Below are positions 37,760-49,763 of a stretch of 64,000 nt of DNA, in pieces. The DNA is from Dicyema japonicum. Lineage: Eukaryota; Animalia; Dicyemida. The stretch spans positions 1,254,360 to 1,318,359 of the forward strand of contig RDEW01000001.1 of NCBI GenBank assembly GCA_011109175.1, read 5' to 3'. The notes under the pieces were generated by a model. That model saw only the letters and a program-made list of their open reading frames with translations, was not told the origin of the DNA and did not search any database. The translations under genes and the position numbers were made by a program. The first letter of the stretch is position 1. Each line of letters begins with the position of its first letter.

Positions 37760-38150
37760 ATGAGTTATTTTGTAAACTATGCTTAACGACAGTGAAGTGC
37801 TCAAAAAAGCACTTTGTTAACCTTCACAAAACGTCCAAGAAACATAAAATTTCCTTTGGTAAGGATTTTTCGATGATATAGATAGATCGTTTGACAACAT
37901 TTAGCCAACAAAAATTAAATTAATCTGAATTTGAAGACTGGATTTGAAGGTGACTAAGACTCTTCTGAAATGTGACATTCCGCTTAACAAATTATCAATG
38001 CCTTTGTTCATTGATCTTTTCAAATGCAACCAAATTTCCCTTCCTTTGCAATCGCAAGCAAGGAACTGTGCCAAATATATTACAAATGAATACATAGCTT
38101 CTTTCAGGGGCATATTCAAGTATTTCATAAAATTTTATTTTCTAGAGAAC
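37760..38150 (+). mobile_element. Second CGGBP1-type hAT transposase relic
   Basis: LFCKLCLTTVKCSKKHFVNLHKTSKKH zinc finger and LLKCDIPLNKLSMPLF parallel the motifs at 19150-19410. Confidence 0.7.
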
Positions 38151-38854
38151 AAAAATTTTTGTCTCTCCTAAAAATTATCGTTCCTTCTAAATTTTCAGCC
38201 ATCCGCGGCATCTGTCGAAAAATGTTTTTCGCAATTCAAGAGTTTTTTTAAAAATAGACAGAAACTTTTGTACACGAAATCCGGAAAATTACGTAATGTC
38301 TATTTTCAAAAAATAGTCTTTAAAACAACATTTGTCTTTTATTGTTTCGCATCTATATTCTACAATTTTAAATTGAGAATAAAGTTAAATTTTTTTAATT
38401 TTAAGGTTAAAAAATTTTGTCCTAGTTATGACTATTTGTGTTGGGCTTACAATGGTAAGCCTGGGGTTAATAATAATAACCTACTAAAGGCTTAGGTCAT
38501 TAAGAAGTTATAAATTCTACTTTTGCTATTTAAAGTGGCAAGCCTTGACTAAAAGGAACGTTTAGTGTTTTTGTAGTTAAAAATAAAATAATTTCTTTAT
38601 AAAATTTTTTAACTATACTGCAACTTCGTACAGTATTGAGTGAACTATTGAAACGTTCAAAAAGTTTCTAAAAGAGAGTAATGTTAAAAATTTTCATAAT
38701 AATGTTTTATAATAAATAAAAAAATTATTTGTTGGATTATAAAATTTTCAATAGATATATAATTCATTATATATGCCATAAATGCTATTTTTTTGAAATT
38801 TTAGTTGCCATAAAATCGTCATAGTCATAAAATTTAAAACATCCCAAAAATGCC

Positions 38855-39050
38855 TAGATTCACCCTCCCTGTGGCTCTAAACATGGATCATAATGTAATT
38901 GGAAGAAAACTTTTCTGCAGAAGACCTAGAGGATCTACAGACAGATGCGCAGCAGAGGTCGATGAAAACGCCTAGTGAAACAAAATTTGGGACGTGTGGC
39001 ACAAACGAGATCTTAATTAATATAACGTTCTTGGGTGAAAGTGTAAATGT
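38855..39050 (+). mobile_element. RTE-like LINE 3' end
   Basis: Clear nucleotide similarity to 1440-1630. Confidence 0.75.
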
Positions 39051-40256
39051 TTTATCAGTCAGAGAATTTTTCGTTTATCTCGAGCTTAAAAAATATATTA
39101 GCGAAGTAATAAGTTCGTCGATTAAAGGGAGAATTAAAATTCTTTGGTCGCATCACTGTTTTGTTGAAAGGAGTGGGAGATCATAGAGCGTAGTGATCCG
39201 AACTATTGGCCTTTTTATTAGTTACTATTAGATTTTGGTAGCTGGCTCCTGACCTGCTTTTTCTTCGGCGTCTTGTTTTCGTTTGACTTTTAAACAGTCA
39301 AAAAAAGATTCCTAATTTAAAAAAAATGATGAATAGTGTAAAACCGAAAAAAAATCTTTGGTCTATGATGGACGTAAAAGTTCTATGATGCGAAATTTGT
39401 TCATTTAATAAATCTCAATATTTTACAGGCAACCTGATTTGCCTCAAGTTCTCGCCACCAGTCGATACGTCTCTAGCAAAACGAGGGTGTTTATGCCTGA
39501 CTCTAAGGATATATATAAGCTACGTCCAATAACATGAATGATAACTTCCATTTAATAAAATGTGCAACATCAATCTATTAATCAATATAGCCTAAGGAAA
39601 GGTATCATCATCTCTTAGAAGAGTTATCTGTCGACTGATTTTTATTCCCTTTCTCTTCATACATTAAGTCATTATTATTAAACCCCAAGACCACAAGAAA
39701 AAAGGTTAAACCTGATAATTAGGTTTCTCAGCTCCCAACTCTTCTTGAGTGTTCCGTCAGTTACTTCCTGCTTTCCATAAGTGCCTTCTGTTGTGCCGGC
39801 AGAGATATTCTATCATGGTGGCCTCTTTTATGGTCAATCGGAATTCCCCTGCGTGAGCCTCCCTTTCACTGATTGAATTTCCTAGCTCCTTGAAGAAACG
39901 TAGCAGACCTAAAATATGTTTGTATTTTTTTTAACTTTGAAAAAAAAACATTCACAACTAGCAATTGAGTGTCCAACTGTGAGTAGTAGACAATATGCAA
40001 AGTTGGAAAGGCATCCACTAATAAGCAAGAAAACATCGAGAAAAGTGAGTATAGCTTAATAACGAAAACTCTATGGCTTGTATCTCCTCCCCTATGGCCC
40101 CCTCTAGGCATGCCATTGCTTGCAATGAATGTGCTGTCGAATTGCATAAGCCATATAGTTTTCCGCTTGAGAGAACATCAGTAATAAAAAACTAAAAAAA
40201 GTACAAATCCAATATATTAGTAGAAAACATTAAATAAACATGTTATAATAAATAAT

Positions 40257-42485
40257 TTATAAATCGTCTTCCTTCTCCTTAAGCTCATGTTCCCTCTTTA
40301 ATAGTCTTATCATGTCCGCCAATTGGTCACTACTCAGAGTAAAGTCAGGATTCCCAATGGCTTCAAACACCTAACACGTCTTAGTAATAAATACCCGTAG
40401 AATTCTCTCAACGTCGATCTTACCGTCTCTGTCGTCATCAATTATCCCCAATATAGTCCTCAGTCTCCTCTTTGAGTCATCCGAGTCGTTCAGATTGTCC
40501 AGAATCTCCTCAACACTCACCAACTGTTGTCTGATCAATCAAAAATAAAAATCACACTTTTTAAGGTCCTCACATTCACTTGTAGGGGTCGTCGTGGAGA
40601 TTCTATCAATCATCTTCACCAATCGCCCCCGCAACAGCTTGGAGACCCTGCTCTCACTTAAAGTCACTTTCTTCAAGTCGGATTGTCTCTGAAGCTCCTC
40701 CATGTTCTAATGAGATCACTTAAACATGGAACCTGCTGATATTCCGAGACCCCATCTTCCAATTCTTTGAGTTCCCTCGCCGACAAACTCAAATGACGAC
40801 GTTCAGCGGCATGAATTAACAGATTTTCAATCGTCTCGAGATCCTGGCACTCCACCTCTACAGTAGGTTCCTTCTCATCCATATCCCCGACTGACGTCTC
40901 CACCGTTTTGGTCTCCGATTGATCGTCTCTGATAGCCTCCTCCTCATTTAGGACAGCCTCTAGTCTATCAGTGTTAGAAATCCGCTCTCCACTTTCCTCT
41001 GCGATCCTTAGTTTAACGTCATCCTCCTAAAATGGTCCCTAAACAGAAAACCGTGTCCTCATCCAAGGACAAAATCGTCTTTTTGAGCTTCTCCTCCACT
41101 GGTAAGTTTTGAGGGAGGTACAAGGCGCTGGATAACAACATTAAGGAGGCAGGAACCGAATGATTCAAATGGAGATCCAACCACTGCTCAAGCTGCTTCA
41201 GCAATCGCTGCTCACTGAGGCCAACAACCCTCATCCCACGTGCTCGACAAGCAGAGGCAAGTTCACTAGCAGTGAGGCTCTCCACGCCTTCCATTTGGAT
41301 CATCTAAAATGATGAGATCCCTGACTTTATCATCGGCTTTGAGCATCCTCAGCTTTAAACCCAGTCGAAATCTGAGTAAGGGGACAGTGGCTTTTGAAGT
41401 AATGATGGTAGACATGTCAAGAAGGCGACAAATGGCCACGAGCTGGTCACGACTGAGCCAGTCCATTGTCAGGTCGTCCTCGAATAGTTTAGAGAACTTT
41501 AAAATCTCCGAAGTCTCCGGCATTTGCGCATTCGTGCGGATCTGGGAGTAAAACTGGACCAAACCGTCTTCATGAAGTCGACAAATTCCTCAACGGAGGA
41601 GTTCCCACCGCTGTTGTTCTTTAGTTTTGTCACCGCCGCGGACTCTTCCAGAGTATTTTGAAGAAATTTGGCCATCTCCAGCTTAACCTTCAACTTCTTT
41701 CGTCTCATTTCAGCCTCTTTCGTCTCGTTCTTGAAGGTACTGGGGAGCATATTGGGGAAAAGCATAACAAACACAGGAAGGAGGAGTTCCAGGAAGGGAA
41801 TGAGCACGATTATAAGAAAGGGTACCATTCTAAACATATCTGCAGTGGTTCGAACTAACTGGAGACTTAAGCAACAATAAATACCTGTTTTCGTTCCCTG
41901 CGAGTAATAAAATGACCCCGAAGCATTTTCCTGATTAAACGGTAGGAGATCTTGAGTTCCACCGTGAACAAACGAAATCCATCATAATAATGTTTCAACT
42001 CCTTCACAAAACGCTGAGTCAGACTCAATTTTGGCACAGGGTCTGAGGGAGATTTGGCGGGCTCTTGGTTGGTTTGACTTTTCTGGTCTTCAAGCTTCTT
42101 TATGGCTTTTTCAACGTTTGATGAACTGAAATGACGAATTTGAAAATCCCAAATACACGTGGGTTGAAATAGCTGAGTTTTGCATGAAACTGTCGTCACT
42201 GGACGGTAGGGAGGTGAACTCCTTCCCAAAAATTTGACGGGCACTTGGTTGCCCAAATTCTTGGCGTGTTCAACACTCCTCGTGTACCTTTCAACGTTTC
42301 CTGAGCCGAAATGACGTACCTGAAAATGCAAAGGGCACGTGGGCTGGATTAGTTGAATTTTTTCCGAAACAGATGTGACCGGCAGGGATGTCCTTTCTAG
42401 TGAAGATAGATGGAGGTAAATTGGTCTGGGAAATATTTTAATTAATTTACCTTTTAAGCACAAAATTAATTTTGCGAAGTAACAT
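40257..42485 (-). CDS. LETM1: LETM1 mitochondrial inner-membrane cation/H+ exchanger
   Basis: Presequence MLLRKINFVLKRP; ELKHYYDGFRL, DMFRMVPFLIIVLIPFLELLLPVFVMLFPNMLPSTF, LFEDDLTMD, ACRARGMR; C-terminal EF-hand DDDRDGKIDVE. Confidence 0.95.
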
Positions 42486-43119
42486 AACGCCTTATTAAAA
42501 TATTTGAATTGATTTACTTTTATATTAATATTTATATTAAAAATAACGTTAAATTATGATTTTCGTGTATTAAAATAATATTTTTATCTATTTAAGCCTA
42601 AACAGGTTCGCCAGTTAATTGAATAATAATTAAATAATAATTTTTAAAATAAAAGGGTATTGTTTAAATATTAATTTAGAATTATTGTTAAAGAAAAACC
42701 AATATGTCCATTTATTGTTTTTGTTAAGAAAAGTGTTTTTGTCAGTCCATCCTTGTAGGATAGGGGCAGTGTAACTCTTTTCTTCAAAATGAGTTTGGTG
42801 AGTTACGTGACATTCAACCAACCACAAAACACGGCGTGTACTATAATAAAATCCAGCTCATTGAAAATCTCTTAATCAAATTAAAACGGAAACTATTAAA
42901 GGAGGCTAGTTTACCGAGCTGCATTCTATTCCGAAATATCTAAATCATACATCAGAAATTTTGAGTCGATGCCATGTCCAATGAGAAGAACTGTTCAGGA
43001 TTCTCGACCCCGCCGGACTCGTCCTCTCCTTTGTCTGTCTGGGATCACTTAGTTGAGAATCTTTTATTTCTTTTCTTTGACCCAGTGATCCTGGAGGTAA
43101 TAATAATAAGAAAAGTATC

Positions 43120-43490
43120 CTTCTGGCTGAACGTAACGTCTGATGATGTTGGATTTGAAGGTCGAGGGTTCGAATCCGATTTTTTAGCAAAGGTCCATTC
43201 TCGTCAAACAGATCCAACCCATGAGGCGACGAGTACTTATGGCACGACGCAATTGTTGAAAGGGATCTTCCTACCTTCTTCCTGACCAAACCCTCTGATG
43301 AAGATTACATCATGAAAACTCTTCTGTTCTAAAAAATGAAGTGATGTCCCCGACGGTAGGACGTGTGATGAAAATGGAAAAAGGGGAGCCTACTTCACCT
43401 CTCTTCTGAAGCTGAAGCATGTTGTGTCCTATTGTTCTCCCTTGGGTTTCTTCCTTAGATTAATTAGTTATGACTGTTTGTGCTGGACTT
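43120..43490 (+). mobile_element. tRNA-derived SINE family C, copy 2
   Basis: A-box-like tggctgaacg, B-box ggttcgaatcc; body matches 36900-37215. Confidence 0.7.
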
Positions 43491-45559
43491 ATCAAAGATT
43501 GCAAGCCTGGGGAAACAGGGGGTGACCTCTATGAACTAAAAAGCGTGCAAGGAGGAAAATTGGATGGAAAAAAACTAGCAGTAACGATAGTAATGAATAC
43601 TGCACGAGGGAAACCCTTGGTATTCTATTGTTTATGGAAAACCCGGGAGTACTTTAAACTAACCGAGAAAAGTGGCACGTGGGTTAAATTGATTTAAATA
43701 TTATTTACATATTTTAGTTGGTTATACTAATTTATTGATCTTGATGTTACTGCAAGTGCTTCTACACTAATATTATACTCTGAACTGATCGTTTTCTCAT
43801 TTATTGACTGAGAATCGCCACCATTTTTTGACAAAAGGTGATCCCGGTCTATCAGTACCTTCCTCATTTTCGTTCGGTTTACTTCTCGAGATCTCATACA
43901 CTCTGCCCAATTCTGTCATCAATATCGAGTATGCTCGTATTACAGGAAGATGTCCACTCGAGATTCACGATGATTCCGTTAGGAAACGGGAACCTCAAGT
44001 GGGATCTTCTATACCCCCATTTTTCTTCTCTATTTAAAGTGATTCTGCTTGAGACTAATAATTTTCATTTTGAAAGTAAAACCTCGAAAAACCGTGATGC
44101 TTCGAAAATACGAAAAAAGTTCAGATTGAGGCATCGAATATAAGGCAGTGCTTAATGGAGGAGCCCGGATGATCTCTTGATTACGGAAATAGTCCAATAG
44201 TAATTAATTTGTGGATATATTAAGTGCACTATAATAACCTAAAAACCTTAACACAAAGTACAAGCTGATTCATGGATCCCCCACACCGAACAAGATATCA
44301 CTCCTCTTGAAGAGACTACCTCAAGACTGGGACCTCCAAGTCTTAAGGATTTGTGGAAACGCCTGCCAATTGCTGCTGGGCGTCTGAACCCCGCCGGCCT
44401 TATACTTATTAGTGAAATGGGGTAGCTAACTTGACCTTTTCATAAAAAGTAAATATCTAGACCATCTCAATACAAACAGGGTTACATCTCTAAAAATATC
44501 ACAAAAATTGCTTATTTCTTATTTTTATCAGATTAAACTGCATGACTACCGGTATAGTACGAAAGTATTATGCGTCACCGAATAGAGGCTTTTCGATCAA
44601 AATGAGACAGCTGTAATTCAGCTAATTCTCATTGACTTTGATTTCTGGTAGAGACCAATGAGGCTTCAAAGTCATAATTCGATCCAAAGGATTATTTTAG
44701 GCACCAAAAGCACCATGTCCGATAAGGTGGGCTATAGTGGATAACTTTCTCCGCCAGTTTGACGACTTCCTTGCCGGTATGTGATCACTTAGTTGGAAAC
44801 TTTATCATTTTTCCTTTAACCTAGTGATCCTGGGGTAATAAATAATTAAAATTAAATCTATTGAACCAGAAAACACCGTCATAGTCAGATTAAAAAAATT
44901 CAGGTTGATCCCGGCTTCCCTCAGCAGTCTTCGCATGCTCGGACTTGAAAGAAGTGCAGTCCAGGGAAAACTCATCTGGATAATAATTTTAGGCAATTTA
45001 GTGGTGACGTAATTTGTGTCAATGTTTATTTGCATTCAACTAAATTTTTAAAATTAAACATTTACAGTCGACTCGCAAATTGGCCATTTTTGGTTCTTTA
45101 GAATTTTGTGGCCAATTTTAAAAAATAAAATCAATTTTGAAGAACAATTACATAATTTTTTAAAATGCCTTAAATGAACAAAAAAAAACGTTTTTAAGTT
45201 TTATTAAAATAAAATTTAATTCCTAACTATTATTTGTTTGAGTGGATGATACTTGCTTTGTACTTTTTTATTGAAGAACTAAGAACTTAATTCTCAACAT
45301 TGGCTAAGAGTTTCCTCTCTAGTGAAGTTAATCTAACTACAATATATTTTTTGTCTACAGGTCTTATTTTTTCCGATTCTTGTTCACTATTTTCTGATTC
45401 TAAAAAATTTTCATTAAATGCACAAAATGCTGCCTTGGGAGATATTAAGGAATCATTCAGAAAACCACCTAGAAAATTGATTTTTCGAAAAATACCCATA
45501 GACTATTACCTTCATCCATTCTACCGACTTCTCTTCAAACTTTTTTATTTTTATTTATT

Positions 45560-45905
45560 TAACACCCAAGACCACGGTAAAACCAAAACTAACTATTACG
45601 TGATCCCGATGCGCTCCGCCAAAATCCTCATTCTTTCCCGGTGCTCCTCCCTCGTACCCACACAAGCTCGTACAGGGCGGCTGACTGTTAGGATCTTCTG
45701 ACATTTTGGTGAAGAGGATTTCAATGTTGTCCAATTTTAACTTGGCAGTCATCTTCCCCAACCTTTTGTCCGAAGTAAACATAGACGTGACCGATTTTCT
45801 GGAATTTATCGTGAGTCGGTTCTTCATTACCCAGGCGTTGAATCGGTCCAGGTTAATTTGTAATCTTTCTGTAGCATTTTGGATTTCCCGATCACGCGAG
45901 GCCAA
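45560..45905 (-). mobile_element. Jockey/I-like LINE 3' fragment with internal deletion
   Basis: ASRDREIQNATERLQINLDRFNAWVMKNRLTINSRKS followed by the family tail. Confidence 0.8.
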
Positions 45906-46066
45906 AACAATTTTGAAAACTCATTGCTATATTAAAACATCTAATCAATTATTTAACAAAAATATACCATAAATTAAATAATTTTATTTTTAAATTAATT
46001 ATAATTTAATTAAATTATAACCTTATTTGGAATAAATATTCAAATCCACTAACTTACATTAAAATT

Positions 46067-47417
46067 ATGATATTTATTTTCTCCTGCTTAATTATCGCTA
46101 ATTCTCAAACGCAAAAAACTCTCAGATACCTCAATATAGTACACAACAAATGTATAACATTAACAGATCTACAGACACGGAGCCCGATCTCCCATCCATA
46201 TATTCCCTAAAAATGAGCACAAAACCCACTGGAAACAAGGACTGGGACAGCTTCACAAATGTATTTCTCACGTTGTTACGTTAGAACGGGATTTCCATGC
46301 AGTAACAACCTCGGAAAGTTCATTAAAAAGAGGTACCCATCCTTGGAACCCTACAACCATTCTTCCGTTAAAGTCAAATCCTCCGACGTCGACCGAACGA
46401 TTATGAGCGCTTTAGCTAATTTGGCTGGACTCTTCCCCCCACGTGAGTCAGAAATTTGGAACTTGAATCTTCCCTGGAGGCCCATTCCAATTCACACCAT
46501 CCCTGCCTCAGAAGATCGGGTTCTCTCGGCCATTTCATAGTAGATTATTCAGATGTCCCGCAAATGTCCCGCCTATGACGCAATGCTTAGGCATCTTTCG
46601 TTCAAATTTCAAAAAGTTGACAAAAAATACAAGGTTTGTTTTCAAATTCCTAAATAGGAGTTCATCAAAAGAATATCTAATTTGGCGGGGTACGATTATC
46701 TTCAATTTCCGAAATTTAATAGAATTCACAGCAACCTCATTTGTGATGTATTTCTCTAACCTATCTCCCAGAAAGCCGAGAATCTATCTCTCCCAATATG
46801 GGCAAATAACTCTACTATGGAAGAAATGGTTAAATTGGAGACAGAAAAGATAAATTTGATATACAATGACCTCCAAATGGCTCGGCTGCATGGAGGTTCT
46901 AATTTATGAGGCAACCAGGTGAACTTCTTAAGGAAATAATACAGTCGATGAAGGACAAGGTGGAAAGTAGGTCGGTAATTCCAAGGAAAGCCATGATTTA
47001 TTCGGGAGTATGTTCACGTATCATTTTAGCACGATAATACCTTGTTGAGCTTAATGGGGGCAATGGGAGTTCTCGATGGTAGTTGGCCACGTTTTGCTTC
47101 TTGTTTGTTTGTGGAGCTTCATGAGATTAATTTTACATGGTATGTCAGACTTGTCTACAAAATTGATGAGAGTAATGTTAGAGTCCTTAAGATTAAAGGT
47201 GGGATTGGGAGTGAATATAGGTTGTGATGATTACTGTGAGGTTGGAAAATTCGAAGAACTGCTTAGTTCTGTCATACCCTCAGACATTGATGAGGAGTGT
47301 AAGGTCGTGAGCTATTTTGGCTTAAACTTAATTTACTCTGATGGACTTTTTGATGATGGGGTCGATATTTTTAAATTATTTAGTTTAGGCCTAGTATACG
47401 GCATTGGCCAAGAATGA
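46067..47417 (+). CDS. Secreted/lysosomal histidine acid phosphatase (ACP2/ACP3-like); two apparent 1-nt insertions; 3' end uncertain
   Basis: Signal peptide, IYRHGARSP (RHGxRxP), SSDVDRTIMSALANLAGLFP, PWRPIPIHT, IYSG|HDNTL; about eight introns of 22-28 nt. Confidence 0.9.
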
Positions 47418-47935
47418 CCATCCTTCTAGGGGTTTCTGATCGAATGAAATTTAACTTTAGGCCATGGACGTGTTCGACGTTTTCAGTGTCAGAAACATGC
47501 GTATCCCTTCAGTCACGCAGTTTAGGCACACTATAGAGGATATAATGATATGTAGAGTAATTGAGGTCAACTCGTTGCAAAAACCAGTTAAATCTTAGAA
47601 ATCCAGACTATTAAATAATCTTGAGTTATTCTATATCATACTGACCTCATGTTTGGCTATCTAAAGACAACAAGAGAGATGCTCAGCCATCGTGCCATAG
47701 ACAATTACCAGCCACTTTGGAATTTTACCTAAAAAGGCAAGAGAAACACATTCTAAGTTCTGTGAAACCCGGTGACCCTGAAAGCAGAAATCTTCACTAT
47801 TATACTGCAATCTATATCCCCCACAGTACATCTAGTAGTCGTGTTCTATCGATCTAATAATTCCACTAAACAGCAAACAACCATTAACTCGATTTATTAG
47901 TAAATGAGTAACAAAGAGAATAACGAGGACAGAAT

Positions 47936-49763
47936 CTAGTTGTTTTTAACCGGCGTTTTGATGATAACCTAACTTAACTAACACGATTTATACCGTCTTC
48001 ACTTCCGTGTAGTTCCGGAGTCCATATGAACCCAATTCTCTCCCCTGACCTGACTCTTTGAATCCTCCAAAGGGGGCAGCAGCGTCCAAGGCGTCATAAC
48101 AGTTAATCCTAAAAGATATTTCTCATAATTCCAACCAGAATGTCCCCGCTCTAAGAGCTTGGGAGAGATACATGGCTTTATCAATGTCCTGGTGAACACT
48201 GAAGCGCCAAACCATATTTAGTGTCATTGCTTCGTTGCACGACCTCCTCCATGGTCTTGAACTTCATTATCTGCATAACTGGACCGAAGATCTAACGTCT
48301 CAACAACCTCAACCTCAGTGGTGGCAATGTCCATGTTGTCTTGAACATCTTTAAAGACCGTTGGTTGGACAAAATATCCTCTATCAGCTCCCTTGGATCC
48401 CCCAGTGCATAACATTGCCCCCTGACGTCTTCCACTATCAATCAAACTAAGGATCTTCTGGAACTGCTCATTATCGACCTAAAAATCAAATTCAGATCAA
48501 TGCCTGTGGTCCCTGTGTTGTTTCGGAATCAAATGGATCCCCGACCTTTCTTTTGGCAGCCTCAGCCACACTTCTTTCAACAAACTCGTCATATATGCTT
48601 TCCTCCACGAAAATCCGAGATCCAGCACAACAACATTGTCCCTGGTTTAGGAAAAGTCCCATGTGGCTCTGAGAAACAGCCAAATCCACTACGATAAAAA
48701 GTCAAAGCAACGGTTAGAGTCCGCAAACACAATATTCGGAGACTTCCCACCCAATTCCAAAGTTACTCTTTTGAAGTTGCTTTCCATAGCATCCCTGGAC
48801 ACAATTCGTCCAACCTGCACAGATTACTGCATAAACACCTCGTTTGATCCAGTAAAGGCGACCTTGTCGATCTGAGGGTGAGATGAAATAGCCGCTCCAG
48901 CTGTGGGTCCGTACCCAGTTATAATATTCAGGACCCCGGGAGGGAGACCAGCCTAAATAAGCCACACTGGCACCTTTCTAAACAGATCGGCTACAAAGAG
49001 CGCTGAAAGTGGAGTTTGTTCGGCCAACTTGAGAACGACTGTGCATCCGTTGCAAAGAGCGGGACCCAACTTCCACGCCTGCATGAGCATGGGAAAGTTC
49101 CACTATGGCTTAGTCCGACTATTTACAGGAATAATCTGCCCACATACTCCAATGGGTTCGTGGCGAGTCATCCCCAAAAAGTTTCCATCTAAAAATTATA
49201 AGCAGGATTAACCCATTTCGAAGGTTTCCCCTGAATTTTTGCCGGCCCAACCAGCATAATATCTAGAAATACCTTACACGTGGGGAAAACCTGTAACACT
49301 GGGCCACCAGATTCAAATCGGCATTGAAGGCTTCCAAGAAGGGTTTCCCATTGTCGTAGCTTTCAAGGCTCTAACTTAAACGAGAAACAAAAAACAGCCA
49401 GATAATTTTTATTCTCCTCAATGAGGTCCGCGACTTTGTAAAGAATTCGTCCTCTTTCAGTAGCGGGCATGCTTCGCCATGGTGAACCAAACCTAAAGGC
49501 TTCCTGAGCTGCTTTCACGGCAATATCGACGTCTTGCTAAAATTCTCATCAGTCCTCACTTTGTCTCCCTCGGCCACCTGACAAATAACCTCCTCAGTGG
49601 CGGGGTTTATGGATGGGAATGTCTTGCCGCTCTGAGCGTTAACATATTCGTTGTTTATGAAGAGCTGATTGAAATAGATTTGAGGATTTCTGACAGGCGA
49701 GGGCGCTGTACTCTGGAGTCTTAAGCAATTCTTCAAAAATGGTGCAACTCTGTCGATCAACAT
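47936..49763 (-). CDS. ALDH2: Mitochondrial aldehyde dehydrogenase; two apparent 1-nt deletions near 48190-48207
   Basis: Presequence; IIP|[29 protein letters not shown]|[15 protein letters not shown]; 12 introns of 21-28 nt. Confidence 0.95.

Noticed and set aside
43790-44800. Possible plus-strand multi-exon gene after the CACGTGGG at 43676
   Set aside because: Open frames and candidate introns exist, but I could not assemble a consistent reading frame or recognise a product.
47936-49763. Alternative genetic code or stop readthrough to explain in-frame TAA/TAG/TGA
   Set aside because: The stops fall inside GT-AG micro-introns whose removal restores conserved sequence, and genes end at ordinary TAA/TAG codons.
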